Below are positions 40,890 through 50,540 of a stretch of 64,000 nt of DNA, piece after piece. Numbering within the stretch: the first letter of the stretch is position 1; the number at the start of each line of letters is the position of its first letter. The notes under the pieces are model-generated. The model was not told the origin of the DNA. It was given only the letters and a program-made list of their open reading frames with translations, and ran no database searches. The position numbers and the translations under genes are program-made. Source of the stretch: Gammaproteobacteria bacterium 45_16_T64 (lineage in GTDB: Bacteria > Pseudomonadota > Gammaproteobacteria > Pseudomonadales > Ketobacteraceae). The stretch spans positions 222,031-286,030 of the forward strand of contig MABD01000037.1 of the NCBI GenBank assembly GCA_002162955.1, read 5' to 3'.

Positions 40890-41738
40890 ATGCCAATAGA
40901 GTGCCGACAACTAAGCCCCAAGCATGTCATCACGGATATCCTGCGTATCGCCGGTACCAAGCCCTTTCCCAATGACGCCTTGATAGAGATTGGAGACCTT
41001 TTTGCTTTCAGCGCCAATGCTATGCGTGTTGCTCTGAATCGATTGGAGAACAGTAACATCATTGAAAAGGCCATCTCCAGCACAGCAGGCACTGGTAACG
41101 CCACGCTACATTTTCAACTATGCTCTTCCACTAATCTTCTTAGTGATTTTATTGAAGAATGGAAAGGTGGCGCAGAACGGGTCAAACCCTGGAACAACAA
41201 TCACTGGTTGGTGTGCCATTTGCCGAAAAAGCCCGACAGATCCATGCGCACTCGCTCAATTCGTGCCCTCGGCTTACTCGGATTTCACCCATCAGCCGAT
41301 AACCTTTGGGTACGCCCCGACAACCTAAGCACTGGCTTTGAACGGGTTAATCAGCAGCTTCTTCACTTTGGATTAGAGCCTGACGCTTATGTATTGGGCT
41401 CAACACAAATGTCACCACAACTCTCCGAGCAATGGCAATCCCAATGGCTAAGTCCAGAAAATAAAGAGGCATACGAAATCCACTACCCCGATATGATTGC
41501 GTCGCTAAAACAAAGCCAACAACGCTTAGCGGAGTTATCCACCAAGGATGCAATGATTGAGACATTCCAACTGGGCAGTAACACCATCCACATGCTGACT
41601 AAGGACCCTTTGGTACCCGAGCAACTGCTTCCTAACAACTCCCGCAACACACTTTGCCACACCATGCTGGAGTATGACGCCGCGGGTCGCAAGATTTGGC
41701 TGCAAAAAATCGATGACATAATAAACCGAACCCTTTAG
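40890..41738 (+). CDS. PaaX-family transcriptional regulator-like protein.
   Basis: N-terminal wHTH and a C-terminal LTKDPLVPEQLLP matching the PaaX KDPLLPEELLP motif (from memory). Confidence 0.5.
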   Translation: MPIECRQLSPKHVITDILRIAGTKPFPNDALIEIGDLFAFSANAMRVALNRLENSNIIEKAISSTAGTGNATLHFQLCSSTNLLSDFIEEWKGGAERVKPWNNNHWLVCHLPKKPDRSMRTRSIRALGLLGFHPSADNLWVRPDNLSTGFERVNQQLLHFGLEPDAYVLGSTQMSPQLSEQWQSQWLSPENKEAYEIHYPDMIASLKQSQQRLAELSTKDAMIETFQLGSNTIHMLTKDPLVPEQLLPNNSRNTLCHTMLEYDAAGRKIWLQKIDDIINRTL

Positions 41739-41759
41739 CCACCTTTCACAGGATTCAAC

Positions 41760-42695
41760 ATGGATATTAAATCGCAACTCAAACCAGAAGAAATACAATA
41801 TTTTACCGCAAAGAGTGATACCTCTGGGCTTCTGGTCATCTTACTAAACTGGTCACTTATTATCGCGGCTTTCGCTATCGCAGGACTCTGGCCATCAGCA
41901 TTAACCATTATTGTCAGCATGATACTACTAGCAGGACGACAGCTAGGATTGAGTGTGTTGATGCATGAATGTGGGCATAGATCCCTTTTTAAGAGCCGAC
42001 AGCTGAATGAGTCTATTGGACGTTGGCTTACCGCAGCACCACTATTTTTGGATATGAATAGCTACGCCAAAGGCCACCTAGTTCACCACAGAAATGCCGG
42101 TACCGAACAAGACCCTGATCTAAACAACTACCGCAATTACCCTATCCAAAGTCGTAGTTTAGTGAGAAAGTTCTGGCGTGATATTACGGGCCAAACGGCT
42201 TTGCGTTTAATTAATGCCGCACACAGTACTAAGAGCAATGTAATGAACTCCCCGACCCGAGATCCCGATTCGCTCGTGGTGCGCTCAAATACTACCGTCA
42301 AAGATGGGCTCATCGTCAATGGCGCCTTACTACTCGCGCTCTCCTTGTGTGGCGCACCCTGGCTATATGCCCTATGGGTTATCGCGTATTTCACATTCTA
42401 CATGCTGTTTCTTCGAATTCGCCAAATTGCGGAGCACGCTGCCGTACCGAACCTCTTTGATCAAGACCCCAGAAAAAATACCCGTACGACCTATGCCAAT
42501 ATCCTTGAGCGCTTGCTGGTCGCGCCTAATCGCGTTAATTATCACTTGGAACACCACATCTTAGCCTCAGTACCCATCTATAAATTACCGGAGTTTCATC
42601 AGCACCTGCTTTCACAGGGGCACTACAAAGAGACGCCCATTGCTCCAAATTATCTTGCTGTACTCAAACAAATAACCACACCCGCCACAACGTAG
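41760..42695 (+). CDS. Membrane fatty-acid desaturase family protein.
   Basis: Three His boxes: HECGHRS, HLVHHR, HLEHHI. Confidence 0.8.
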   Translation: MDIKSQLKPEEIQYFTAKSDTSGLLVILLNWSLIIAAFAIAGLWPSALTIIVSMILLAGRQLGLSVLMHECGHRSLFKSRQLNESIGRWLTAAPLFLDMNSYAKGHLVHHRNAGTEQDPDLNNYRNYPIQSRSLVRKFWRDITGQTALRLINAAHSTKSNVMNSPTRDPDSLVVRSNTTVKDGLIVNGALLLALSLCGAPWLYALWVIAYFTFYMLFLRIRQIAEHAAVPNLFDQDPRKNTRTTYANILERLLVAPNRVNYHLEHHILASVPIYKLPEFHQHLLSQGHYKETPIAPNYLAVLKQITTPATT

Positions 42696-42726
42696 AGTCA
42701 CCCTTTCACCAGTAGGAGGTGTAAAC

Positions 42727-43149
42727 ATGACACCCGTATTAACCGCAGAAGAAATACAGGCATTTTTATTATCTGTGTTTCCTAAATTACCATCCAAAGT
42801 CATTAGCATTGCCCCTGGCCAACTCGTTATGGAGCATGTCACTCGCCCCTACGATATTCGTCCTGGAGGCACTATTTCTGGCCCGACCATGATGACGCTG
42901 GTAGATACCGTTATGTACGCGGTGTTATTAGGCCACATTGGTACGGTGGCCATGGCAGTAACCACCAACCTTAATATCAACTTTTTACGCAAGCCAGAGC
43001 CAGGAGTACTTAAAGCGGAAGCTAAACTGTTGAAATTAGGCAAACAACTTGCCGTGGGTGAGGTCACCATTACCTGTAATGACGACCCAACTCCCGTTGC
43101 TCATGCCACCTGCACCTATTCCATTCCACCTTCACAAAGCGCAAAATAG
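42727..43149 (+). CDS. PaaI/4HBT hotdog-fold thioesterase.
   Basis: 140 aa with the GGTISGPTMMTLVDTV hotdog motif. Confidence 0.7.
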   Translation: MTPVLTAEEIQAFLLSVFPKLPSKVISIAPGQLVMEHVTRPYDIRPGGTISGPTMMTLVDTVMYAVLLGHIGTVAMAVTTNLNINFLRKPEPGVLKAEAKLLKLGKQLAVGEVTITCNDDPTPVAHATCTYSIPPSQSAK

Positions 43150-43229
43150 TCCTTTTGAACCATGTACTCACGGACATGGTTCCTTATACTTCCCTCCATA
43201 ATGATAATACGAACACTAAGAGAAAGACT

Positions 43230-43778
43230 ATGAGCGCTGCTGATTGGAAATTAGAAAAACAAAGCCAAGGTATCACTGCTTACACCAGAGCTTTTGCCGG
43301 ATCTGATTTTCGCGAATTTAAAGTTGAAACGACTATTGCAACAACCGTTGATGCATTAATAAAGATGCAGCGTGACGTAAAGAATCACACCCAATGGATC
43401 GATAGCGTAAAAACAGCAGAACTTATTAAAGAAGATGCCGACAATTACTACACCCATACCGTCGCAAACGCACCGTGGCCGGTAAAAAACAGAGACTCCG
43501 CTGTACGTAATACCATTTCTCGTACAGACGGCGACGCAACGATCGACTTCCAATCCGACAACAGCTTAGCAGCAGTGAAGAAAGGCTGTGAAAGAGTCGG
43601 CGCAGTGACAGGCTCCTGGCAGTTTAATGCCGTTGACGATAAAAACGTCGCCGTTATTTATAGCGCACACATTGAACCTGGTGGAAAAATCCCAGCGGTA
43701 CTAGCCAATAAATTTTCGATCGACCAGCCTTTCAACACCATCAAATCGCTGGTAAAACACGTTAAAAAATATGCTTAA
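43230..43778 (+). CDS. START/SRPBCC lipid-binding domain protein.
   Basis: About 180 aa with a START-like beta-grip pattern. The ORF track starts at 43155, but MSAAD at 43230 is more likely. Confidence 0.45.
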   Translation: MSAADWKLEKQSQGITAYTRAFAGSDFREFKVETTIATTVDALIKMQRDVKNHTQWIDSVKTAELIKEDADNYYTHTVANAPWPVKNRDSAVRNTISRTDGDATIDFQSDNSLAAVKKGCERVGAVTGSWQFNAVDDKNVAVIYSAHIEPGGKIPAVLANKFSIDQPFNTIKSLVKHVKKYA

Positions 43779-43816
43779 GACTCAACAGTAAATGTGCCGA
43801 CTCTTTAAGCTACTTT

Positions 43817-43849
43817 CGACCCAAGCATTTTGCTTGGGTTTTTTTATGC
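43817..43849 (+). terminator. Rho-independent terminator after the desaturase, thioesterase and START genes.
   Basis: CCCAAGCAttttGCTTGGG followed by a T7 tract. Confidence 0.6.
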
Positions 43850-43918
43850 TTCTTTATACATTTTCCAAAGCGCTTTCTTTAGGGAATGCGCAAAAGCGCT
43901 ATGTCACAAAAAACTTTA

Positions 43919-45511
43919 TCAAAAATGTGTCAAAAAACTCATCTCAAATAAATACGCTGTCACACTCGTCGTCACGTCATACCCCGCATAAGGGTTGTAA
44001 ATAAGGTCCGATGGATCTTCGCTATTTACATTAGAACTACTCCCGCTGGGGATATCCACATCGGACTGCAACATACCAACGCCAACATCCATCAACGTAT
44101 CTTTATCCCATTGATAAGAAAATCCAAAACCCACTAAATATGCAGCCCCAAAAGGTGCCAATAGATCCGCCTTGTCGGTAGGGATTGCGCTGGGTCGGTC
44201 CTCATAACCCGCTCGCAATGCCAAGCGATCACTCCATTCATACTCAACACCAAGCGCCCAACTCCACGTGCTTTCGTAGCCCCTTGGAAACGTGATGCTT
44301 CGCGCAGAAACATGTTCTTTATCCAACAAACTCAATATCGCCAAAAAATCCACATCGGTATCAAACTCAATTTTAAACTCTTCCCACGCAGCTGTATCGG
44401 TCCATTTTGCATCAACATTTACCTTAATACGCGGAAGTACTTGCAGGCTAATTCCTGTCGAAAAATGGGCAGGAATAGTAAAATCTAAAGTAGCACCACC
44501 CTCATCAACTGGCACTCCCTTCGGAATTGGCAATCCGGCAACGAAAAATCCGGCAACCGTATCTGGACTACCTAGACCTTGAAAAAAATCGACCCATTTC
44601 TCTTCGTAAGTAAATTCGAACTCCCCCTTTAACTGCGCTTTAGCTTCACTTTGATACACCGCCCCCCAGCTAAACCATGGAACAGGCTCCCAGAGAAAAC
44701 CGATGTTGATTGACGGATTAAACCCTTCTTCTACTTCCAGATATAGATTGCCAATAGAATCAAATGGACCAATATTGCCGTCACATAAATTAATAAATAC
44801 ATTCGCCGCTAAACCAGCATCATCGGTTTCACAAGAGTTATTTAACGTATCAAGCGCCGCTAAAATAGGTAACGGCACCCGCATATCAAGATCCAACCCC
44901 ACCCCTGTATAGCTGAAAATAATACCCGCCCCAACGGAAAATGTATCCGTCACTTTGAACCCTAGAGACGGTGTAAAATACGATAAATGGGTAAAGCCCA
45001 ATGCGTTGCCATGGTATCGCGCATTGCTCTCATCCTCTCGCGTAAAGCCAACAATCATTGGGGCGTACACTGCATTTGCAAAGGTCAACCTATTGTCTGG
45101 ACTGGATATCGAGATCCCGCCTAACGGCGCAAGCAAAACAGGCAATTCTGTGAGGCCAAAAAAAGGCAACATAACAGAAACCGTTCCCGCAATGGCCTCT
45201 CCCTCTTCGATGGTTTCTTCAAGGCCGTATTGATCGATCACATCGTTAATAAAATCTGTTCTTTCGATCTCGCTTGCAATCGTAAATTGCCCAGCGACGA
45301 TTTTAAGGTTGCGCTGCCTGCCTTTTAGCCGCGTTAAACCGGCTGGATTAAAATGGATCGCATCAATACCGGGTGGATCAGCAGTAACAGCATTGGCCAG
45401 GGCTAACGCTTTTGCGTTGCCAATCGTTAAGTTCTGAGCAAGTTGGCCAAAAGATGAGGCCGAGAGCGTCATACTTACCCCAAGGAATATCCATTTCATT
45501 AGGCTTTTCAT
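43919..45511 (-). CDS. FadL/TodX-family outer-membrane hydrophobic-compound transporter (copy 1).
   Basis: Signal peptide, an N-terminal hatch (LAQNLTIGNAKALALANAVTADPPGIDAIHFNPAGL), beta-strand-rich sequence and a C-terminal aromatic residue (…THF). Confidence 0.75.
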   Translation of the reverse strand: MKSLMKWIFLGVSMTLSASSFGQLAQNLTIGNAKALALANAVTADPPGIDAIHFNPAGLTRLKGRQRNLKIVAGQFTIASEIERTDFINDVIDQYGLEETIEEGEAIAGTVSVMLPFFGLTELPVLLAPLGGISISSPDNRLTFANAVYAPMIVGFTREDESNARYHGNALGFTHLSYFTPSLGFKVTDTFSVGAGIIFSYTGVGLDLDMRVPLPILAALDTLNNSCETDDAGLAANVFINLCDGNIGPFDSIGNLYLEVEEGFNPSINIGFLWEPVPWFSWGAVYQSEAKAQLKGEFEFTYEEKWVDFFQGLGSPDTVAGFFVAGLPIPKGVPVDEGGATLDFTIPAHFSTGISLQVLPRIKVNVDAKWTDTAAWEEFKIEFDTDVDFLAILSLLDKEHVSARSITFPRGYESTWSWALGVEYEWSDRLALRAGYEDRPSAIPTDKADLLAPFGAAYLVGFGFSYQWDKDTLMDVGVGMLQSDVDIPSGSSSNVNSEDPSDLIYNPYAGYDVTTSVTAYLFEMSFLTHF

Positions 45512-45721
45512 GATTTCCACTTTTATTATTATGGTTTTTTGTATTACTTCAGCAGCAATAGCGCAATGCCATTGTCAAAGCACAGGACAAATGCCAAAAG
45601 GCGTCATGATTGCAAAAGCAACCTGACAACAATATAAAACAGTCGTTTGTTTTGATAAAGGCATAAATTTTAGAAGCTAGTCTATTCGGACTAATTTCTT
45701 ACTATGAATAGAGAAATGGAC

Positions 45722-46336
45722 CTAGGATTCATCCTGAGTAGCAAAAACAAAGCTTCCCGCAAGGATAACGTTCAGCTGAATCTCGAGCTTTCGCTCCAGC
45801 CTTTTTCGATCGTTCTTCGGCAAGTCTAACGCCTCAACGCCACCCTGAAAAACGAGGTTAACCATCATTTCAGATATGATGGGGAAATGCTCAGGCAAAG
45901 CGATGGTTTGCCCATCACTCGCTAAATCAATCGCTAACTCATCGACAAAGCGCTGCTTTTCTTTAAATATCTCCTGACGTAAGGCCCTAGGCCCTCCTGT
46001 CAGGTCTCCCATTAGCAGTCGAAACAATTCAGAATTCTGCTCAAGAAACTGCATATACGTCTCGATCGAGGTCGTCACTAAGCTACCTTCAATCCTCACG
46101 CGGGTACGCGCCTGACGCATTAGTTGACGCAGCTTCAAACCTGCTTGGTCCACTAGGGTCAGCTGTAATTCTTCCATGTCTGTGAAGTATCGATAAAAGG
46201 TCGCTGGAGCCACGCCTGCCTCACGGGTGACTTCCCGTAAGCTTAGCGAAGGCAAGCCTCTCTCGGAGCTCAGGCTAAGGGCCGCTTGTATAATTGCCTG
46301 CCTAGTTTTCTCGCGCTGTTCCGAGCGTGTTGCCAT
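45722..46336 (-). CDS. TetR-family regulator, immediately upstream of FadL/TodX copy 1.
   Basis: HTH SLREVTREAGVAPATFYRYFTDMEEL. Similar to the TetR at 8201 (FabR-like). Confidence 0.75.
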   Translation of the reverse strand: MATRSEQREKTRQAIIQAALSLSSERGLPSLSLREVTREAGVAPATFYRYFTDMEELQLTLVDQAGLKLRQLMRQARTRVRIEGSLVTTSIETYMQFLEQNSELFRLLMGDLTGGPRALRQEIFKEKQRFVDELAIDLASDGQTIALPEHFPIISEMMVNLVFQGGVEALDLPKNDRKRLERKLEIQLNVILAGSFVFATQDES

Positions 46337-46658
46337 GAAGTGATCGCCAAAGTAAAAACGCTATTTTAGCAATATTTCAATCCTATGGCAGTCCCAAAAG
46401 CACCACAAAAGTACAAAGATATCACTAGACCACGCAGTCAACGCTACGAAATGGCATTTTTATCGCACAATAAGCACAAAAAAAGCCCAATGCTAATAAC
46501 AAAGGGCTTTCTATATTTCAAGGGGAGTGTTTTTTAACTTAGATTTCTTGGGTAGGTTGCTGATGTCTAAGCTCTCCGATTACGGCAGTTACGGTAAGTA
46601 AGCCAACAATAAATAGAATATTCATAATATCTTCCTCTGTAGGTTTGTCGGATTCGCA

Positions 46659-46712
46659 GTTACTTGCAAATCACAAGTAATACATTACATAGGTAACTTG
46701 CTTTTTGCAAGT
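46659..46712. promoter_or_regulatory. Two adjacent dyad operator-like sites, TTACTTG-N7-CAAGTAA and ACTTGC-N5-GCAAGT, 40 to 100 bp upstream of the HxlR-type regulator gene.
   Basis: Inverted repeats read directly. They share the ACTTG half-site. Confidence 0.4.
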
Positions 46713-46757
46713 AACAATGTAAAATTATTGTCAAACTATACAAACAGGCTCACTTTG

Positions 46758-47117
46758 ATGACTTCTATCCTTGAATACCGTTCAGATTGCCCCTTAGCCA
46801 AGACACTGGAAGTCATCGGGGATCGCTGGTCTTTAATTATCATTAGAGACTTAGCCTACGGTGCCAAAACGTATGGGCAGCTCGAAAACTCCGCAGAGAA
46901 AATCACAACAAATATATTGGCGAATAGACTTAAACGCCTCACCACATTCGGAATTATCGAAAAAACGCTGTATCAAGAAAAGCCGAAACGATACACATAC
47001 GGCCTAACCCACAAAGGCAAATGCTTAATACCCGTGTTATTGGAGCTGGTAAAGTGGGGTGAAGAGCACATTGATAACCTTTGTGATCACATACCCGCAG
47101 AAGCCCTAAGCAAGTAA
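46758..47117 (+). CDS. HxlR-family (MarR-like) transcriptional regulator.
   Basis: CPLAKTLEVIGDRWSLIIIRDL signature. The ORF track starts at 46698 with TTG, but ATG at 46758 gives a typical 119 aa protein. Confidence 0.75.
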   Translation: MTSILEYRSDCPLAKTLEVIGDRWSLIIIRDLAYGAKTYGQLENSAEKITTNILANRLKRLTTFGIIEKTLYQEKPKRYTYGLTHKGKCLIPVLLELVKWGEEHIDNLCDHIPAEALSK

Positions 47118-47126
47118 CGACGCACT

Positions 47127-47747
47127 ATGTTACCTCACCCTAACCACTCATATCGTATCCCCCTGCCTACCGAAGAGGTGGTATACGAAATCAAGAAGAG
47201 CCGCTTTATCGCTAGAGTTGGCAATATTTCCAATAAGGCCGCGGCAAAGATATTTCTCGACCAATCGAAGCAGGACTATCCTGACGCAAGACACCATTGC
47301 TGGGCGTACCAATTTGGCCCACCTCAATCTCCTATCAGCGCAGCGATGTCAGATGATGGCGAACCCAGCGGTACCGCAGGTAAACCTATCCTGAATGTAC
47401 TTCAACACAAGGATATTGGGGATATCATGATAGTGATTATCCGATATTTTGGTGGGATTAAGCTGGGTGCAGGCGGACTAGTAAGGGCTTATTCTAGCGC
47501 CACGCAATTGGCTATTGACCATCTGCCGACAGAATTAAGAATTGCCAAAACTCGTGTGAACATTCACTGTGATTTCGGCCAGGAACAGCCAGTTCGACAT
47601 CGCCTAGCGCAATGCGACGCTAGCGATATTTCCGCGGAATATCTCGAACAGGTCACCTTGGTCGCGGACTTACCCCAGACAAGCATCCCTCAATTCATCC
47701 TTCAGTGCGAACCTCTTGGGGTCATTATCACACTACCTGAGACATAA
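47127..47747 (+). CDS. yigZ: IMPACT/YigZ family protein.
   Basis: HHCWAY and DDGEPSGTAG conserved motifs. 206 aa. Confidence 0.75.
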   Translation: MLPHPNHSYRIPLPTEEVVYEIKKSRFIARVGNISNKAAAKIFLDQSKQDYPDARHHCWAYQFGPPQSPISAAMSDDGEPSGTAGKPILNVLQHKDIGDIMIVIIRYFGGIKLGAGGLVRAYSSATQLAIDHLPTELRIAKTRVNIHCDFGQEQPVRHRLAQCDASDISAEYLEQVTLVADLPQTSIPQFILQCEPLGVIITLPET

Positions 47748-48051
47748 TATTCGTTCCTTCCAATAGATCTTCCAACTCCAACATCTCAACATCGGTAAGC
47801 AACGCATGGTATTCACGTAAAAGCGCGTGCACCTCTTTTAAAGCGGGAGGCTCTTTCTCACATAGCAATAAGACAGTCTCGATATCTTGCAGCGCTTTCA
47901 ATTCCTCTTCCAGCCCCGTTTCTAGCACACCTAACAACTCAACCAATCCAATATCCAAGTCAGCCAACACCCCATCAGACACAGCACGCACCAGGCATGC
48001 AATAAAGGGCAGCAACCTATCTGAGACGCTATGTTGCACTAGCACTCTCAT
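47728..48051 (-). CDS. Hypothetical acidic helical protein, last gene of the minus-strand operon.
   Basis: 107 aa, Leu/Glu-rich, no motif. Overlaps the upstream gene by 23 nt. Confidence 0.3.
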   Translation of the reverse strand: MRVLVQHSVSDRLLPFIACLVRAVSDGVLADLDIGLVELLGVLETGLEEELKALQDIETVLLLCEKEPPALKEVHALLREYHALLTDVEMLELEDLLEGTNIMSQVV

Positions 48052-48568
48052 CTGACTTAGAGAGCACTAAACCATCGTCTAACAAAGACTTCATATAAGA
48101 GTGTGATTTCTCAAGACGACCTTTGATAGTCCACAAGAAGAACGGCTGCACAAATAAACGAGAGATAATACCCTTATTACCAATCGTCACACTGTAGTGA
48201 AATTCCGTTTTATTCTCATCAATTGCACGCATTTCGTAATTCCAATGAGGCTGTAGATTTAAGATATCCGTGGTCATAACAAAGCGCTTATTCGGTTCAA
48301 ATACCAAACACTCTTCAGGTTTCTTTAGGTTAAACAAGCGAAAAGGCATAGCCATTGTTCTAAAATACCGCTTACCCAACCACAAACCGTAACCTTCATA
48401 ACCTGGTTGAGCGACAACCCGCCGACATCCATCCATCCAAACTGAAGCGTTTTCAAACGTGTGGCCTAAATAATAAAACACCTCGTTAACGGGTCGGTGA
48501 ATAATTAATTTGTGTCCATATATTTTTCTCATATCACTCTCCTTACATATCTCAAATTTTTCTTGCAC
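48029..48568 (-). CDS. SRPBCC (polyketide-cyclase/Bet v1-like) family protein.
   Basis: About 165 aa beta-grip-like pattern. The start is probably MRKIYGHK. Confidence 0.4.
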   Translation of the reverse strand: MQEKFEICKESDMRKIYGHKLIIHRPVNEVFYYLGHTFENASVWMDGCRRVVAQPGYEGYGLWLGKRYFRTMAMPFRLFNLKKPEECLVFEPNKRFVMTTDILNLQPHWNYEMRAIDENKTEFHYSVTIGNKGIISRLFVQPFFLWTIKGRLEKSHSYMKSLLDDGLVLSKSDESASAT

Positions 48569-48628
48569 CCCTACCCTTTCATCTCATGAGAAGTCATAAG
48601 ACTCGGTAAGAAACTAATAACAACGTTT

Positions 48629-49591
48629 CTACAAGCATGCTTGATAACGAAAGGGTTGTTCCGCAGCGTCCGACCCAGAACGTTCTTTAACACTGCCGTT
48701 ATGGTTCAGGTGTGTAACATTAGGCCGTCTGAAATATTCGACCGCGTAATCTATAAATGAACGTACCTTTCCAGGAGCTCCCTGATTGGAAGAATAGACG
48801 GCGTACACGTCCCTTATAGGAAATACTGTTTCCAATGGAATTTCAATCAATCTGCCAGCTCGAATATCATCCATCACCATATAGTCAGGTAAAAATCCGA
48901 CACCGATACCTGCAATTACAGATTTCCTAATACCGCCCAGATTATTGACTGTCATCACTTCATTTCGAAAGCTCTTTTCGACCATGCCCATTGAACGCAT
49001 AAAAGAGCGAATAATATCTTTGTCATTGATGAGTACAATATCCTGATCCAACGCATCTACTGCATTCACGATATTGTGCTGCCGATGAAATTCTGGGGAG
49101 GCGCACATCAACACCCGATATCCTGACAACCTCCTAGCCAACAAATTACTATCTTTAAGCTGCCCTTCTCTGATCGCAATGTCGATTCCATTCTTAACAA
49201 TATCCTCTGTTTTCCCTGTAAGGGTAAGTTCGATCTTAATATCGGGATACTTTTTCTTAAAGCCCGCGATAATATCAATCATATGGTATTCACCAAATCC
49301 AGGCGTCGATGTTAACCTCAAGGTTCCAGTAGGCGTATGCTGAAAACGACTAATCTCACTCTCTATTTCACGACGTTTTTGTATCATTGAGCACGCTTTT
49401 TCATAGCAAAACGTTCCAGAGTCGGTCAGAGCTAATGATCGCGTAGTTCTGGCAAATAGCTGGACACCGAGCTTTTTCTCAAGTCGACTAATTTGTTTAC
49501 TCACAGCAGATGAAGTGAAACCCATTTTTTTGGCCGCTGAGGAAAAACTGCCACTTTCTGCAACCGTGATAAATACTTCATAAATATCCAT
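48629..49591 (-). CDS. LysR-family transcriptional regulator.
   Basis: N-terminal HTH FSSAAKKMGFTSSAVSKQISRLEKKLGVQLFARTTRSL plus a substrate-binding domain. 320 aa. Confidence 0.85.
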   Translation of the reverse strand: MDIYEVFITVAESGSFSSAAKKMGFTSSAVSKQISRLEKKLGVQLFARTTRSLALTDSGTFCYEKACSMIQKRREIESEISRFQHTPTGTLRLTSTPGFGEYHMIDIIAGFKKKYPDIKIELTLTGKTEDIVKNGIDIAIREGQLKDSNLLARRLSGYRVLMCASPEFHRQHNIVNAVDALDQDIVLINDKDIIRSFMRSMGMVEKSFRNEVMTVNNLGGIRKSVIAGIGVGFLPDYMVMDDIRAGRLIEIPLETVFPIRDVYAVYSSNQGAPGKVRSFIDYAVEYFRRPNVTHLNHNGSVKERSGSDAAEQPFRYQACL

Positions 49592-49638
49592 TGTTCTCGA
49601 CCTCTACGTAGGGTTGATAATTAGACTAATCTCATGAA

Positions 49639-50475
49639 TTATACGAATCCAAATAGACGTTTATTTTTGGTTTTAGTGAAGAACTTCGTGATTCTAAAAA
49701 ATATCATTATCATCGCAGGTTCGTAATCTACCAGCCCCTCTTGAAAACTTCTACGCTCTTTAGACCGCTCGTACCAAGCAAGAATATTGGGATAACCTGT
49801 CAACGGAAAACCCATCAAATCTAAACGATGAATATTTACCATCCAAGCTACATCTGCCAATGAAAATCCACTGTCTACCATCCACTCTTGATTAGTCAAA
49901 CAAGCTTCCAACAAGCGGCATTTTCCGTGCATGCTATCAATCGCTTCCTGCACCTCCGATACCGTAAACTCGTTATTAGCGAATCGACGTTTAAATTTAA
50001 CCAATTCACTATTACCGTGCTGATCACTGAATTTTTTCAATGTCATCTTTACGATAAAGCGTTGTGGCTTTGCAAGAAAATAATGCGTTAATAGTTTGAT
50101 TTCTGACTGAACACCATCTGCCAGTTCGATAATGGCATTCATTGAATCTAGTGCCTCAATATCTTTCGGTTGTAACGGGCTGGTTGTATCCATGCTTTCC
50201 AAGTAGCGAATAATATCCACAGATTCTGTCACTATATTCCCATTATCACTCAAGACTGGAACCAATCCTTTAGGGTTTATTTTCTGGAACCATTCTTTTG
50301 AATGCTCGTTCAACAACAAATTAACGGGGCGACTACGCCAATCGATTCCCTTTTCAATCAAACATATTCTTACCCTCTGCGAACAGTTGCTAAAATCAAA
50401 ATGAAAGAGATGCACCCCGTGCTGTATCTCATCAAAAATTTGGCTTTGATCGTTTAATGAAAGAGTCTTAAACAT
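49639..50475 (-). CDS. Glutathione S-transferase with an N-terminal S-x-C motif, a candidate thiol-dependent reductive dehalogenase or isomerase.
   Basis: GST N-domain HLFHFDFSNCSQRVRICLIEKGIDW...INPKGLVPVL...TESVDIIRYLE. Paralogous to both halves of the next gene. Confidence 0.6.
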   Translation of the reverse strand: MFKTLSLNDQSQIFDEIQHGVHLFHFDFSNCSQRVRICLIEKGIDWRSRPVNLLLNEHSKEWFQKINPKGLVPVLSDNGNIVTESVDIIRYLESMDTTSPLQPKDIEALDSMNAIIELADGVQSEIKLLTHYFLAKPQRFIVKMTLKKFSDQHGNSELVKFKRRFANNEFTVSEVQEAIDSMHGKCRLLEACLTNQEWMVDSGFSLADVAWMVNIHRLDLMGFPLTGYPNILAWYERSKERRSFQEGLVDYEPAMIMIFFRITKFFTKTKNKRLFGFV

Positions 50476-50540
50476 AACTTCTGCCTTATCTATCGGAATC
50501 TGATTATTGTTTCATTTATCGTAGAGTAATCGTCATAGAA

